Source: Malacoraja senta
Lineage: Eukaryota
Reading direction: 5' to 3'
Assembly (NCBI GenBank): GCA_038087875.1
Contig: CM076000.1
Coordinates: forward strand, 744,001-808,000
DNA length: 64,000 nt
Positions 48,301 to 62,760 of this stretch are shown piece after piece (position 1 is the first letter of the stretch; each line of letters begins with the position of its first letter). Both the position numbers and the translations under genes were made by a program. The notes under the pieces were generated by a model, which searched no databases, had not been told where the DNA came from, and saw only the letters and a list, made by a program, of their open reading frames with translations.

Positions 48301-51300
48301 TAAGGCCACTAGAACCCCTTTCATCCTTATCAAGGGGAATGCTATTTTCATATAACACATAAACTAAACACATGTTATCATTATCATTAGTACAAAAAGA
48401 AGTGTAAATATTACCAACGTAGATGCTCCCATATTTTTCCTGAGCCCGACTATATGGGTCTCGGATTTAAGACCTCTGTCCAGCTTTCATACTGCCACCA
48501 ACTTCAGCGAACTGCTTACTGCCAATGAAGGCGTGGTGTGTGTTGTTGCCGCAACGATGAAGCTTTGCTCGTTGTTGGTACCTCGATTGGTCCGACAGCT
48601 TTTGCTTCCTTATCCAGGTTTTACCTGTTGAATAGGTCTTACCTCTATAAATACTTCTATTTGCTTATTTTTTTTGTAATCAATGTTATATCACATTTTT
48701 TCTTTCTTTTTCTAAGGCACTATACAGGAAGGAGATGTAATATAAATCTAAAAACTCGGGATGACCACCCAACACCCAGAAGTCTGAGGTATTTGGTTGC
48801 ACCATATGATTCAAGAATACTATATTGATATATAATGCAAGACGATAGACAAATAAAGAATGGAGGAATTACATTTTGTAGTTGGAATATAAGGGGTGCC
48901 AATGAACCAATTAAGAGGGGTAAAATTTTTGCTCAACTAAAATCTTTGAAAAGCGACATGATGTTTTTACAGGAAACCCACATGAAACAACAAACACAGA
49001 TGAGATTAAAGGCGAAGTGGATGGGTCACACATACTATTCATCATTTACTTCTAAATCTAGAGGTACGGCTATTCTTATTCGAAAAGGTATACCTTTTAA
49101 ATTAAAGAATACTATATCAGATAAAGAGGGAAGGTATATTATAGTTTCAGGAGAAATTTATGCAACCCCACTAACTATGATAAATACTTACGCTCCGAAT
49201 TTTGACAACCCTCAATTTTTAAATAAAATTATAGATATAATATCAGAGTTTAATTACCAAAATGTAATAATAGAGGGGGACTTCAATTGTGTTTTAGATC
49301 CATATTTAGACAAATCAGCAAAACAAAGGAGGAGTAATTTAAAATCTAAGACTAGTGAACTTCTAAATACATATATAAAAAATACTAATATAACAGATGT
49401 ATGGAGATCTGCTAATCCAGTTGGAAAGGAATACTCGTTTTACTCACCAGTACATAAAACTTATTCACGAATTGATTATTTTTTAGTGGATATGAAATTA
49501 ATGCCATATACAATTAAGCCAACATACCACATCAGTAGTATTTCTGATCACTCCCCGTTGACATTTTTAGTAAAATTCGAGGGAATGCCGGGTAAAAAAT
49601 CCTTTTGGAGGTTTATTACACATATTTTAAATGACTTACAAGGTTATCAATATTTAAAACAACAAATGAAACTTTTTTTTGAGACAAATGATATACCAGG
49701 TATTTCGCCTTCTTTATTATGGGAAACTTTCAAGGCATTTATTCGAGGAATTATAATTTCATATCAAATTTTTCAAAATAAAAAGAATAAGACAGAACAA
49801 ATGTTGCCAGAACAAGATATTAGACAGTTAGAGTTAGATAATGCCAAAGATTCTACTACAGATAAACATAATAAGATAATACTACTGAAATTTAAACTTA
49901 ATCGAATTTTATCGGCAAGAGTTATAAGATTATTCCAAATTACAAAACAGGAACATTTTGAATTTGGTGATAAACCACATAAGCTTTTACCTCGTCAATT
50001 GAAAAAACAAGAAAAGGAAAATACTATAACTAAAATTAAATCAGAGAAAGGTGAATTACTAATATTACCTAAAGATATTAACAATAGATTTGCTCAATTT
50101 TATCAAAATTTATATACATCAAAAACTAAAATAGAAGATAGTAAAATTTAAAAAAAATTAGATAACTGTAATCTTCCAAAACTTGATCTTTTGGAACAAG
50201 AGGAACTTGGAGCTCAAATTACACTCGAAGAAATAGGGGAAACAATAAAATCATTGAAAAATGGTAAGACACCGGGACCAGATGGTTTTAGTAATGAATT
50301 TTATAAAAAATTTCATGAGATAACGACTCCATATTTATTTAATTTATATACTCACGCTTTTAAAGAAAATAAACTACCTGAAACGTTAGCAGAATCAACT
50401 ATTACGCTTATTCCAAAAAAAGATAAAGATTTAGACGATCCGGGTTCATATAGAGCTATATCACTTTTAAATACAGACCAGAAAATTTTAGCAAAGACTT
50501 TAGCAAGAAGATAAAGTAAATATATTAGCAAATTGATAAATCCTGATGAAACGGGGTTTATACCCAAAAGATATGCATTTAATAATTTGAGACGCCTGTT
50601 TAATATAATGTACTCACATAAAATGGAGGAAAAAGATATATCAATTGTTTCTTTGGACGCAGAGAAAGCATTTGACCAGGTAGAGTGGCAGTATTTATAT
50701 AAAGTGCTGCAAAAATTTAATATGGGAGAGAATTTTATTGCATGGATAAAATTATTATATGATAAACCGATGGCAAGAATATTAACCAATAATATGTTAT
50801 CTCCAAAATTTCAATTATCAAGGGGCAATAGGCAGGGATGTGCGTTATCACCCCTGCTATTTGCCCTTATGATAGAGCCCTTGGCTGAAAATATAAGAAT
50901 TCATCCGAATATTCAGGGTTACAATACTAGGGACTCAAATAATAAAATTTCACTATATGCAGACGACATACTTCTATATATTACAAATTCACAAATGAGC
51001 ATACCAAATTTATTAAATTTAATAGAGGAATTCGGGTCCTTTTCTGGATATAGAATAAACTGGAATAAAAGTGAAATTATTACGTTAAAACCACAAGAAT
51101 CTACACACTTATTGAAGTTCCCCTTTAAAATTGCAACAGAAAAATTTAAATATTTGGGTATTCAAATTACTAGAAAATATAAAGCATTATTCAATGCTAA
51201 TTTTATACCTTTATTAAATAAACTCAATACGTTGATTAAATTTTGGTAAACCCTTTATCATTAATAGGTAGAATAAATGCTATAAAAATGATTTTTCTAC

Positions 51301-54300
51301 CACAATTATTATACCTATTTCAATCTATACCATTATATATACCAAAATATATATTTTTTAAATTAGACTCTAATATTACTAATTTTATTTGGGATTATAG
51401 AACACACAGAATAATAAAAAACACACTTATGTAAACCAAAGGATGTCGGGGGACTTTCACTCCCGAATTTTTTGTATTACTATTGGGCAATGCATATTAA
51501 GAATATAATTTACTGGTTGGACAGTTCTACTCAACAGACAGAATGGATAAGAATGGAGAAAGAGGATTGTTTTCCTTGTAATATAGGAACGATCCTCTTC
51601 TCCCCGAAAAAAACTGAACAACATAATATATAAGAAGAACCCAATTATACACGATACAATAAGAATTTGGAAACAAATAAAATTATCTCTAAAATTAAGA
51701 AATTTATCATTGTTAATGCCAATAGCGAATAATCCTTTATTTAAACCATCTCTTATTGATAAAACATATAACCAATGGGAAAGAATGGGAATTAAAAGGA
51801 TCAGTGATATGTATGAAATGGGAAATCTATTATCATTCCAACAATTACAATTAAAATTTAAACTGAAAAATAACCAATATTTTAAATATCTTCAGATTTG
51901 CGATTTCATGAAGAAATACATACAAGGATATCAAAAAACAACTTTTGATTTACTGGAAGAAGCAATGAATACAGAACTCACAGAAATTAATATCATATTT
52001 ATATAATAGTATTTTAAATATAGACCTACCATCGACAGGTACTTAGAGAAGAGTGGGAACGGGAATTAATGATAAAAATTACGAAGGTTACATGGGAAAA
52101 GTATTTGATATATATACACAAATGTTCGATTAATGCAAGACATAATTTAATTCAATTTAAAATTTTACATAGATTATAGTATTCAAAAACTAGATTGAAT
52201 AAATTTTATCCAAATATATCCCCCATTTGTGAAAAAAAGTTTATCACAAAACGCAACTATAACACACTTTCATTTCCTGCATAAAACTTTATAAATTTTG
52301 GAGTGATATTTTTGAAATATTTACAAAATTATTCAAGATAAGAATGGAATCTAATACTGAAATGATTATATTTGGAGTAATGGAAGATGGGAATAAATTG
52401 AACTCATCTCAAAATTTATTTTTTAATTATGGTTTAATAATAGCAAAAAAACTAATACTTAAATTCTGGAAAAATACACCAATACCAACGCTTAAAATGT
52501 GAATTTCAAGTATGTTGGACACCGCACATCTTGAGGAAATGCGATTCCTCCTAATAGATAAATCAGACCAATTCTTAACGAGTTGGTCTCCATTTGTCGT
52601 CTTTTTGGAATCATATGGTGCAACACAATTGTAGAAACTAACTGTTCCAGGACTGGGTGAGGGATGGTCAAGATTAAAAATAATGATCTCCTTACTTTTC
52701 TTTTTCTATTTTCTTTTCCTCAATTTTCCTCTTTCACTCTTTTTTTTTCTTTTTCACACTATATACCTCACGTTTTTCTATCTTTTACTATCTACTTTCT
52801 TTTTCTTATTCTTCTTTATTATTATAATTTTAAAAAAGAAGCTGTACATAAAATGTATTATGTCATTATATATTAGGCACTTTGGTGCCATATGATTGTA
52901 CTTACTTCTGATAAAATTAAAATATATTTAAAAAGAATAGGTCTTACCTCAAGAGAAGGTTCGGCGGCTTGTCTTTAATGCCCCTGAAGCGTTGTTCATT
53001 CCCGGCATTTATAGCATGAGTGGAACTCTAGCCCATTCCGGGTATTTCGTTTGCGAGGACTCCCTTGAATCCAACGTATGAATTCCAGTACGTTCCACAG
53101 ACATACTTTAGATTTTTGAAGTCAGTTACACTGACCACTCGCACTCCCCTCCACAGAGAGGGGGATTCGTAGACAGCCATCAACAGGTGTTGCTGCAGGC
53201 CTCGTAGTATGCTCACCAGCTATACCTCCGATCTCGGAGTCAGACGTGTATTCACTTCCTCCAAGAGGGAGACATCATGCAGCCTTTCTATAGGTTCTGC
53301 TGCCAGAGGCTCCCGAGGAGACCCCCGGATATAAAGTTCCTCTTACTGGAGCATATCGTGCTGGAACATCCTTTCCATCAGGAGCTCTTTCCAGACAGCC
53401 CTTCAACAGGTGCTGCTGCCACGGGCCCCCGAAGAGACCCGCAGATATAAAACTCCTCTTGCTGGAGCATATCGTGCTGGAGCATCCTTACCATCAGGAG
53501 CTCTTTCCAGACAGCCCTTCAACAGGTGCTGCTGCCACGGGCCCTCGAAGAGACCCGCGGATATAAAGCTCCTCCTGCTGGAGCATATCATGCTGGAGCT
53601 ATGATCAACAGCCCTTCTTGGCTTTGTGCCTTGGGGTATGCGTTGCAATACCTCCAACCTCAGGGTCAGAACAAAACTGCCCTGGTAAGCTCAACCTCCT
53701 CTATGAGGGAGACATTATGCAGCCCGTCTACAGGTGCTGCCGCCATGGGCCCCTAAGAGGACCCATGGATATAAAGCTCCTCTTTATGGAGCAGATCTTC
53801 CCTATACAGCCCTTGAACAGGGCTGCTGCCACGGGCCCTCAAGACCCGTGGATATAAAGCTCCTCACGGATATAAAGCTCTTCCTGGAGCCTGTCGTGAT
53901 GGAGCATCCTTTCTATCAGGTGCTCCATCTTTACCAGACGTCCACGGACGTCGCTTTTATTGGGAGGTGAATCCTCCTGGCCCGATCCACGGGCTTGCTT
54001 TTGAGTAGCTTTTCCCCCCACAGGATTGGCCACGATGCAGTCGGCACCCTGATACCGCAAGGACTTACCCCTCCACGGGAACCACAGCGGTCTGGAAGCC
54101 GCTGACCACCTTGTCAGCGGCTGGAGTAGCGCACCCGACGTCCGCCGGCTCCCGCGTTCCGCGGTCTGGACCGGGTCTTCCCAGAGCCCAAAGCCGGTTT
54201 CCCCGCGGCTCAACCGGACTGCGCTACACGTCCAGCAGGAAACCTCTGTAAGAAGAGGTTCCTGCAAGAAAAAACACAACCTAGTAAGTATTAAAACTTA

Positions 54301-54456
54301 CCTGCAGGTTTAAACTTACCGCTGGCAGGAGCGCTGAACCCGTTGCGCTGACTAGCCTGCCAGTCCGGTGCTTCGTCAGTGCGGATGACGTAATGACGTG
54401 CGTGCGGACTGGCGGGGCTTCTTCACGGAATCACTCACGTGACTCCGAAGTAAAAT
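45318..54456 (-). mobile_element. DIRS1-like tyrosine-recombinase retrotransposon, full-length but coding-degenerate
   Basis: Inverted terminal repeats (45396-45429 vs 54394-54426); ICR at 45545-45657; ATTTT at both ends. YR relics LMALVSAQRVQSL (about 46250-46295) and KSHSTRAATTSAAK..LATAGW (about 45865-45952); RT relic NGLTSVPRLFTRLLKP (about 47865-47920); RNase H relic VVAYISHMG; methyltransferase-like IDIFVSRL and YVCLPSFCLISRVL. Confidence 0.9.
48646..52934 (+). mobile_element. L1-clade LINE, 5'-truncated (no ORF1), complete but disrupted ORF2 (48835 to about 52634)
   Basis: APE endonuclease SWNIRG/LQETH/GDFN/SRIDY/SDH; RT KTPGPDG, DAEKAFD, RQGCALSP, YADD. Breaks at about 50150, 50512 and 51247. 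A-rich tail; 16-bp TSD gaataggtcttacctc at 48630-48645 and 52935-52950. Confidence 0.96.
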
Positions 54457-57196
54457 TGACTATACTCTATGACTTTGATATGGGCTGTACATTTTCCCAT
54501 GGAGTTATTCCCTTATCACGCTGTAAATGGCTCGATTGTAATCATGTATTTTTTTTCTGCTGACTGGATAGCCCGCAACAAAAGCTTTTCACTGCACCTT
54601 GGTACACGTGACAATAAACTAAACTGAAACTGAAACTGAAATTAAGAAACCTCGGGTGCAGACACCTTGTTGGGTCCTGTGTATCCTTCTAGGTCCAGGT
54701 CCAGTGTATCCTTCTAGGTCCAGGTCCAGATCCACATCCATATTCAGCTCCAGACTAAGGAGTATTATACTGGTGCACACGGGTCCATCACAGTATGAGA
54801 CCAGAGATGGAGAATAGTCCACCTAGTATAACACTGGGTTACAATACTGATAGAAGAAGGTCCAATCACTAAATAACACTGCAGCACAGTACTGTAGGGA
54901 ACATGTTGCTCGTGAGCATTTACTACAGTGCCATAGGGCTTTTGCAGGTACAGTGGCCCATAACATACTTTGAATTGTCATTCCTGCCCCAGTCTCCCTC
55001 CTAGTTTTACTCTCGTTGGAGGTAGACACACATGTGTAAGCATGAGGGTCGCTCAAAAACATCTGCTGCCACAGTGTTACCGATTATGACAGAGGGGAAA
55101 TGTCCCCGATTTTCTGATTTTCTTCTTTGTCAGAATTCAGTGTAAATATCTGCATATTATGATTTGTAATGGTTAAAAAGGGTTATCTGCAGATAGCCTA
55201 GCAAACGTTGTAATTAATAATAAATCCTTTGAATTTAAACCTGAACATGGGGCTTGCTAGAAGTGTTCTTTTAAAACAAGTTTAGTTTAGTTTAGAGATA
55301 CAGCTTGGAAATGGGCGCTTTGGCCCACCGAGTCCGCACCAACCAGCAATTACCCGTACACAACTGTGGGTAAAAGACTGTGCGTTGACTCAATCTATTC
55401 CTTTACGGAATCCATTCCTTCAGGAAAATGTCACATCTCTCTCATTTACTCTTCATAGGCCTGGATGTAACCATTAATTTAAACCCTCAGCGAAGATACA
55501 GTTTAAGTTGCAGGTTTTAAATGATTGTCAGTGGTGAACTCGGCCCGGTCCATCTGGGCACTGTCCTTGTCACTGCCTTCTCCCATCAAGGAGGTGGCAT
55601 CCATCATTCCTATCCAGAACATAGAAACATAGACAATATGTGCAGGAATAGGCCATTTGGCCGTTCGAGCCAGCACCGCCATTCAATATGATAATGGCGG
55701 TACCTCGTTCCTGCTTTTTCCCATTATCCCTTGATTCCGTTAGCCCTAAGAGCTAAATCTAACTCTCTCTTGAAAGACCATGTCCTCTCTGGTTCCACTG
55801 GGCAGGTGGTACAGAAGCCTAAAGTCCCACACTACCAGGTTTAGGAACAGCTATTTTATTATAACCATCAGGTTCTTGAACTGACCTGCACAACCCTAAT
55901 CCTACCTCAGCAATGGAACACCACAAACCACCTCGTTCCCCACTATAGACTTGCTTTCTAATTTTATTGCTCATGTCTTGTTTTGTGCACAGTCTTTTCA
56001 TTTGTCACTGTCTTGTAGAATGTATGTGTAAATTATGTTTAATTTATGTTCCCGTGTGTTGTCAGAGTCTATGTGCCTGAGATGCTGCTGCAAGCAAGAT
56101 TTTCATTGCAGCTGTAATTCACCGTACTTGTGCACATGACAGTAAACTCAACTTGACTTATAGAGGCAGCTGGACCCCAACAGCCTTTCTGGAAGTTTAA
56201 CGTTGTTGCTATCACTAAAATCAGTTTGTCTAATGAAACTATCCTTCAAGAGGTCACAGCATTATAGAAAGGCTCGGTGGAACCCTCCCAAACGACCCAG
56301 AGGCCCGAACGCTCGACGCGCTGTGGTACTGGGAGGGAACCGCTGGAGACATCGGACACGAGGAGCAAGGAACGGGAGGATGGTGAACAGCGGTTTAATG
56401 ACTCCAGTCGGCTGCAGGAGGCGCTGGAGGGACACAAAGATGGTCAGGTGAGGAGAGGGATGTCGGTTCACAGGCTGATGGAGGAATACCCTGCAGGAGC
56501 CTGGGATTTAACTGGATCAGGACCTGGTCCAGTAGACCGAGCGCACGGGCCGACTTTGGACTTTGGAAATGGCGCTAAAACATGGTGGTGCCTGTGTGTG
56601 TAAATGTGCAAAACAAATTTCACTGTGCAGTTGCCAATGTTACAAATAAAGAACCATTGAACTACTGATTTCCATATGACACAGGTCCTGTATATTGTCA
56701 AACATAAAATTAGAAACAAAAAATTGACCCACAATTTAAGTTTTGAGAATAAACTTTGAGAGTTTTATTTTATTTTTTTAAGTTAAGTTAGTTTGTCTTT
56801 TGTTAACTTTGAGGTTTTTGATTTTCATGACACAAGGTTTAAAACATGTCATCATGCACTCAGCCAGATTACCGTTATCAGTTTTAAGTGCTGAGAGTGA
56901 ATCAGTTGTCAAATGATTAAACTGGAAATGACTGAGGCATGGTTAGGGGTAAATACCCCTTTGGTAGTTGATGCTTAGTTTCAAATGGTGCCTCTAGCTC
57001 TAAGCCACCCTCTCTCATCAACGTCAACAAAATCCAGGTTATACAAATCATAGCAAAATCCTTGGAGAAAGGATGCACTGACAAGATATTTATTATATTT
57101 AAGCTGCATTGTAGAATGACTCCTTCATTCACGGGAATGCCAATTCCTACCTTGTTGAATTTATTTCTTTTGTTGAAAAATTCTGAGTATCAGTTG

Positions 57197-59240
57197 CATA
57201 GAACGTAGAACAGTACAGCACTGGCACAGGCCCTTCGGCCCATGATAACTTAGCCAAACATAATGACAAATTGAACAAATTCCGCATGCAGATGATCCCT
57301 ATTTCGCCATTCCCTGCAATTTCACGTGCCAGTATAAAAGACTCTTAAATTGTACTATCATATCTGCTTCCACCACCAACCCAGGCAGCATATTCCAGGC
57401 ACCTGCCACTCTTTGAGTAAAAAACTTGCCCCGCATATCTCCTTTAACCTTTCCCCACTCTCACCCTAAAGCTATGACCTCGAGTATTTGATATTTCCAT
57501 TCTGGAGAAAAGGTTCTGACTGTCTACCCTATCTATGCCTCTCGTAATGTTATAAACTTCTTTCAGGTCTCCCCTCTGTTTTTGAGGTTGCAGAAAACAC
57601 AAACCAAGTTATTCCAATAGACTCCAATCCAGGCAGGATCCAGGTAAACCTCTTCTCTATCCTCTCAAAAACTTCTACAACCTTCCTGTAATGGGGCGAT
57701 CAAAACTGCACACAATATTCTAAATGTACCCTTACCAAAGTTTTATAAAGCTGCAACATGACCTTCTGAGTCTTATACTCAATACCCCTGCCGATGAAGG
57801 CAAGCATACCATATGCCTCCCTTACCACTCCATCTACCAATGTTGTTACTTTCAGGGAGCAATGGACTTGGATCCTCTGTTCATGAAAGCTGTTAAGGGT
57901 CTTGCCCAACAGGTCCACAGCAAAGCTATCTCCCCCTTCATGATCCCGTCCAAACTCATCAGCAAACCACTGGACCTAGAAATCAGTTCCCCCTTCTGCC
58001 TCTGGATGTTCAACTTTCTGACCCACAGACCTCAATCAGTTAGGAAAGGTAACAACTTCTCCTCCACAATAATTCTCAACACAGGTATCCTGAAAGGATG
58101 CGTCCTCAGTCCCCTACTATATTCCCAATACACTCACTATGTAGGGCCAAATTTTTTCTAATTCCACCTATAGTTTGTAGATGACACCACTGTGGTGGGC
58201 CGAATCACAAACATTGAAGGGGCGGAGTACAGGAAGTTGCTAGAGAACTTTGTGACATGGAGTCAGGACAATAACATCTCCCTCAATGTCAGCAAGATGA
58301 AGGAGCTAGTTATTGACTTGAGAAACACGGTGGAGTACGTGCCCCAATGTTACGAAAGTGGAAATGGTTGAGAGTAAAAAGTTCCTGTGCGAATAATATT
58401 ATCAGTGATCTGCCATGGCCAACCCCATTGATATGACAGCCAAGAAGGCACACCAACGCTTCTACTTCCTGAGGAGAATAAAGGCATTTGGAATATTTTC
58501 AGCGAATCTTGCAAATGTCTACAGATGCACCATAGAGAGCTGCATCACAGCTTGGTTTGGGAACAGCTCTGCCCAAGACCGCAAGCAATTGCAGAGAGTT
58601 GTAGATGTAGCCCAGTCCATCGCACAGACCAGACTTCCCACCGTTGACTCCTTCTACACTTCACATGAACTCAGAAAAACAACCATCATAATTAAGATTT
58701 GTCCCACCCCAGTCGTTCGTCCTTCTCCATGCTCCCGTCCAGCAGAAGGTACATAAGCGTGAAAACGCACACCACCAGTGGCAGGAACAGCTTCTTCCTC
58801 TCTGTTATCAGGCTTCTGAAAGGTCTTTTCATAAGCTAATGCACTGTCCCATTCACCTCTACCCCATTAAGGACATTAGACTTTGTCTATGGAGTTAATG
58901 TGTTACAATGTGTTACATTGTTGAGGACCATATTCTGCACTTTGTGTCTTCCCCTTTGCTCCATCTAATGTACTTTTGACTTGATTATATCAATGTAATG
59001 GTACACTTGATCCAGTTGCATAGCATCTAAAACAACACGTTTCACTGTACCTTGATACACGTGGCAATAATAAAGCTAAACCCAAACCCAAACCTTACAT
59101 TTGACCTCCCAAAGTGCAACACTTCACTCTTGCCCAGATTAAACTCCATCTGCTATTTCTCTGTCCATATCTGTAACAGATATATGCACTGCTGCATCGT
59201 TTGACAGCCTTCTTCACTGTCCACAACTCCACCACTTCTA
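57197..59240 (-). mobile_element. CR1/HER1 LINE 3' fragment interrupted by a plus-strand Rex1/Babar fragment
   Basis: CR1 AYGMLAFIGRGIEYK..LYKTLVRVHLEYCVQF (57197-57900) resumes at about 59095-59240. Confidence 0.8.
57915..59080 (+). mobile_element. Rex1/Babar-type LINE RT and 3' fragment
   Basis: WMFNFLTHRPQSVR...GCVLSPLLYS..T, FVDDTTVVG, KAHQRFYFLRR, YRCTIES. Confidence 0.88.
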
Positions 59241-60904
59241 TATATTAAAAATAAAGAAGTGACGCAGAAACATAAAATTAAATTAGCAACATTAGCAAAT
59301 TTCACGATTCTAAAAAAAGATCTTTTCCTGAAATTGATATAAAAAACAACATTTATTTGCCAATATTCCTTTAATCTTTGCAGCATTGGGTCTGATCTTA
59401 CTCTCCTCAGATCAACAAACTGTGTCGTTGTGCACATGATAATTTATAATAGTATTTATAATAAGATAATATTGATCTTATTCCCTTTATCCCATTAGGG
59501 AAACATTATTCCCTTTATCATGTATCTGTACACAGTGGATGGCGTTCCACACAAGCTCTTTAATGTACCTTGGTACATGTGACAATAAAATAAAGTAAAC
59601 TATACTAAACTAATCTTAGTTGTATATTTTATATAAAACAATTTCTCTATGACTTTTTACTAACAGACACAGATTAAAGCAGATTCAATGGCACAATGTT
59701 CTATGACTTAATGCTTCATAATCCCCTTTCAAATTACATTTCCTATGGAAAATGGTTTTCTTAAACATCTGTCAAAATAACATTTAAAAAAAATCAATAC
59801 TCCTTTTTGTCTAAAGCTGCAGAGAAATGGAGTGACTAAGGTTTGACTTTGAGTAGTTGATTGCAGCACTGATGTGTGCAGAAGGTACTTTTGATGTACA
59901 GTGGCATAATGCCACTATTTATCTCTTTTTTGTTGCGATGAGCTCAAAGAGGACAGAAAAATAAAAATTATTTGATAACAAAATGTTAATGGTTGCATAA
60001 AAGAACGAGATCAATATAGGAAATGTGTGACTCAGTTATTGGCAACATTCATTTTCCTAATATGCATGACTGTAAACTGGACCAAAGCTAGCTGTGAAAA
60101 AGGGGTCTGCAGCAGATAAGAAGGAAATCAGTATTACTGATGTTTTTTTAAATCAGCATAAATGTCATTTCTCAGAAAATTGATTTGAAAGGATGCAGTT
60201 TTCATTTTTTTTCTCCCAAATGATAGATGTTTTACTGGAAAATTCTATTCATTGCAACTTGATTCCGTTTTATTTCAAACGTGATTGATAAGAGTAGGGC
60301 AGTGGATGTTGTCTATATAGACTTTAGTAAGACATGTGACATGGTCCCCCAATACCCAAAAGGACACAAAGTGCCAGAATAACACCAGGTCAGGCAGCAT
60401 CTCTTGAGAACATGGATAGGAGACATTTCGGGTCGAGATCCTTCTTCAGACTCTCTTGAATGTTATTCTGTGATATTTTAAATTTAACTTTTATAATAAA
60501 GTTGTAAATTGTTTTTATTATTTAATTGAGTTTTCATGGTTTTTGAATGTTTCTAAATATCAAACACAATCAGAGTATTCAAAGTAGTCGAAAGGGTTAA
60601 TGATCTGTCAAAGTATTTTTCAGCCATTTCATAGCTACTGGTATGTGCTGGACTAGAATAGTCTTGCATCAAATAAGGCTCTTCAATTGTGAAAGATCTT
60701 GACACTGCAAGAAACTTGATAGATCCAAAACATTAAACTCTTTCTTGTATGTATGTAGGCCACTGGCCGAGGAGATTTGTCATTGGCAACATCTTCTGGC
60801 CAGTTACACCAATTTTCATAGATTCTTAGCTGGAGATTCAGAAAATATGTTAAATATTTAGCCTTGAAATTTTGAGATGTACCTTGAATTGGATCATGGA
60901 CAGC

Positions 60905-61202
60905 ATGGTGGCATTGCTGGTAGAGCTGCTGTCTATCAACACCAGAGACCCAGGTTTGATCCTGACTGTGGGTGCTGTTTGTGTGGAGTGTGCACGTTCT
61001 CTCTGTGAGCACATGGGTTTCCTCCAGGAGCTCCAGTTTCCCCCACATCCCAAAGACATGCAGGTTTTTAGGTCTCTGTGGATTGCCTCGAGTGGATGGA
61101 AATGTGGGATATCATAGAATTAGTGTTAATATGTGATCGATGGTGAGAGTGGACTCGGTGGACTGAAGTGCCTATTTCCATGCTGTATCCTGCAATCAAT
61201 CA
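60905..61202 (+). mobile_element. HE1/V-SINE
   Basis: Match to HE1 copies. Confidence 0.8.
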
Positions 61203-61647
61203 GTTGATCAGATTTTGAAAAATGAACAACATTGTCCATCTTAAGTCCAATAAAGGAGAGTCAAGCATCATTAACTAATAAATAAAAACAAAATATGCCA
61301 AAAATTGCTCATATTTACAGACAGGCCAATAAGTACATGATAATGTTCACATTTAGTTTAGTTTAATTTAGAGATGCAGTGTGGAAACATCATCGAAGGC
61401 TCAAATGTTGACAGGTCCACGAAAAGTCTCTGGTCAACTGATGAAGATGAACAGGGAAAGTTATTCCTCTGATACCAAGGGAAAGATTAAGGTTAATGTT
61501 AAAGCCAAGTAAGAGAAGTACAATTTGAAAAGAATTGTACATAACTAAACAGTTGTATTACTACATTAAATGATGTTTTAGACCATTTTTGTAGAAAGGA
61601 TTTGAAAATAAGTTACATATGATTTTGAAATAAAAGCAGATTAACAT

Positions 61648-61980
61648 GGCGTCACAGTAATGGAGCTGGTAGAGCTGCAGCCTCACGACGCCTAAGACCT
61701 GGGTTCAATCCTGACCTTGGGTGTTGTCTGTATGGAGTTTGCACATTCTCTCTGTGACACTGGGTTTCCTCCAGGTGCTTTGGTTTCCTTCCACAACCCA
61801 AAAGACGTGTCGGTTTGCAGGTTAATTGGCCTCTGTAAATTGCCCATAGTGTGTAGGGAGTTGATTAGAAAATGGGATAGCATAGAACCAGAGTGAATGG
61901 CTAATCGATGGTCAGCGTGGATTCAATGAGCCAAGGGGCCTGTTTTATTGTTGTATCTTTCAAACAATCAAAACAATCAA
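61648..61980 (+). mobile_element. HE1/V-SINE
   Basis: Match to HE1 copies. Confidence 0.8.
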
Positions 61981-62419
61981 CTCAGAAATCTGGTCATACC
62001 AATGAGCTGTGGTCATTGAGATGGAGCTTAATTGTCGTGCTCATGATCTGTGTTTATCCTTACTGATTGGAAATGGTGCCTCCCATGAATATTCACTTCT
62101 ATCAATATGCCATACACACCAGGAACTATCCTTTTGTACGTGTGGTCTCCTGTGGGAAGGGGGGGCAGGGTGGTTGGAAGGATGTACTCTTGTTTTTTTG
62201 ACAAAAAATTAGAACAAAGAAGAATTAGAGAGACATAACCTATCCTCAATTGTAAGTAACAACAATAAGAGAAGGAGAAAAAATGATCAAGGACAATCAG
62301 TAGCATCTTTTAAAAGAACATTGTCTAATTAAAAGTTTCACTGCAGTTGGAATTAAAAAGATAACAAGGGAAAATTTAATTGGTGCACTAATATTGGTTA
62401 TTTGAGGGTGGCATGGGGT

Positions 62420-62760
62420 TAAGAACATAACACAGAACAGTACAACACAGGAACTGTACCGGCCCACAATGTTTGTGCCAAACATGCCAAGTTAAACTGA
62501 TTTCATCTACCTGTACATTATCCATATCCCTCTATTCCTCACACTTCCATGTGCCTATCTAAAAACATCTTAAATGCCACTATCGTATCTGCTATCCTGG
62601 AAATGAGTTCCTGGCTCCCACCACTCCCCTTATTAAATAACTTGCCCGCACATCTCCATTACACTTTATCCCTCTCACCATATAACCGCCCTCTAGTGTT
62701 GGACATTTCCATCCTGGGTAAAAGGTTCTGACTGTCTACCCTGTCTATGCCTCTCATAAT
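62420..62760 (-). mobile_element. CR1/HER1 LINE 3' end
   Basis: Homologous to 25645-25980 and 57197-57550. Confidence 0.75.
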
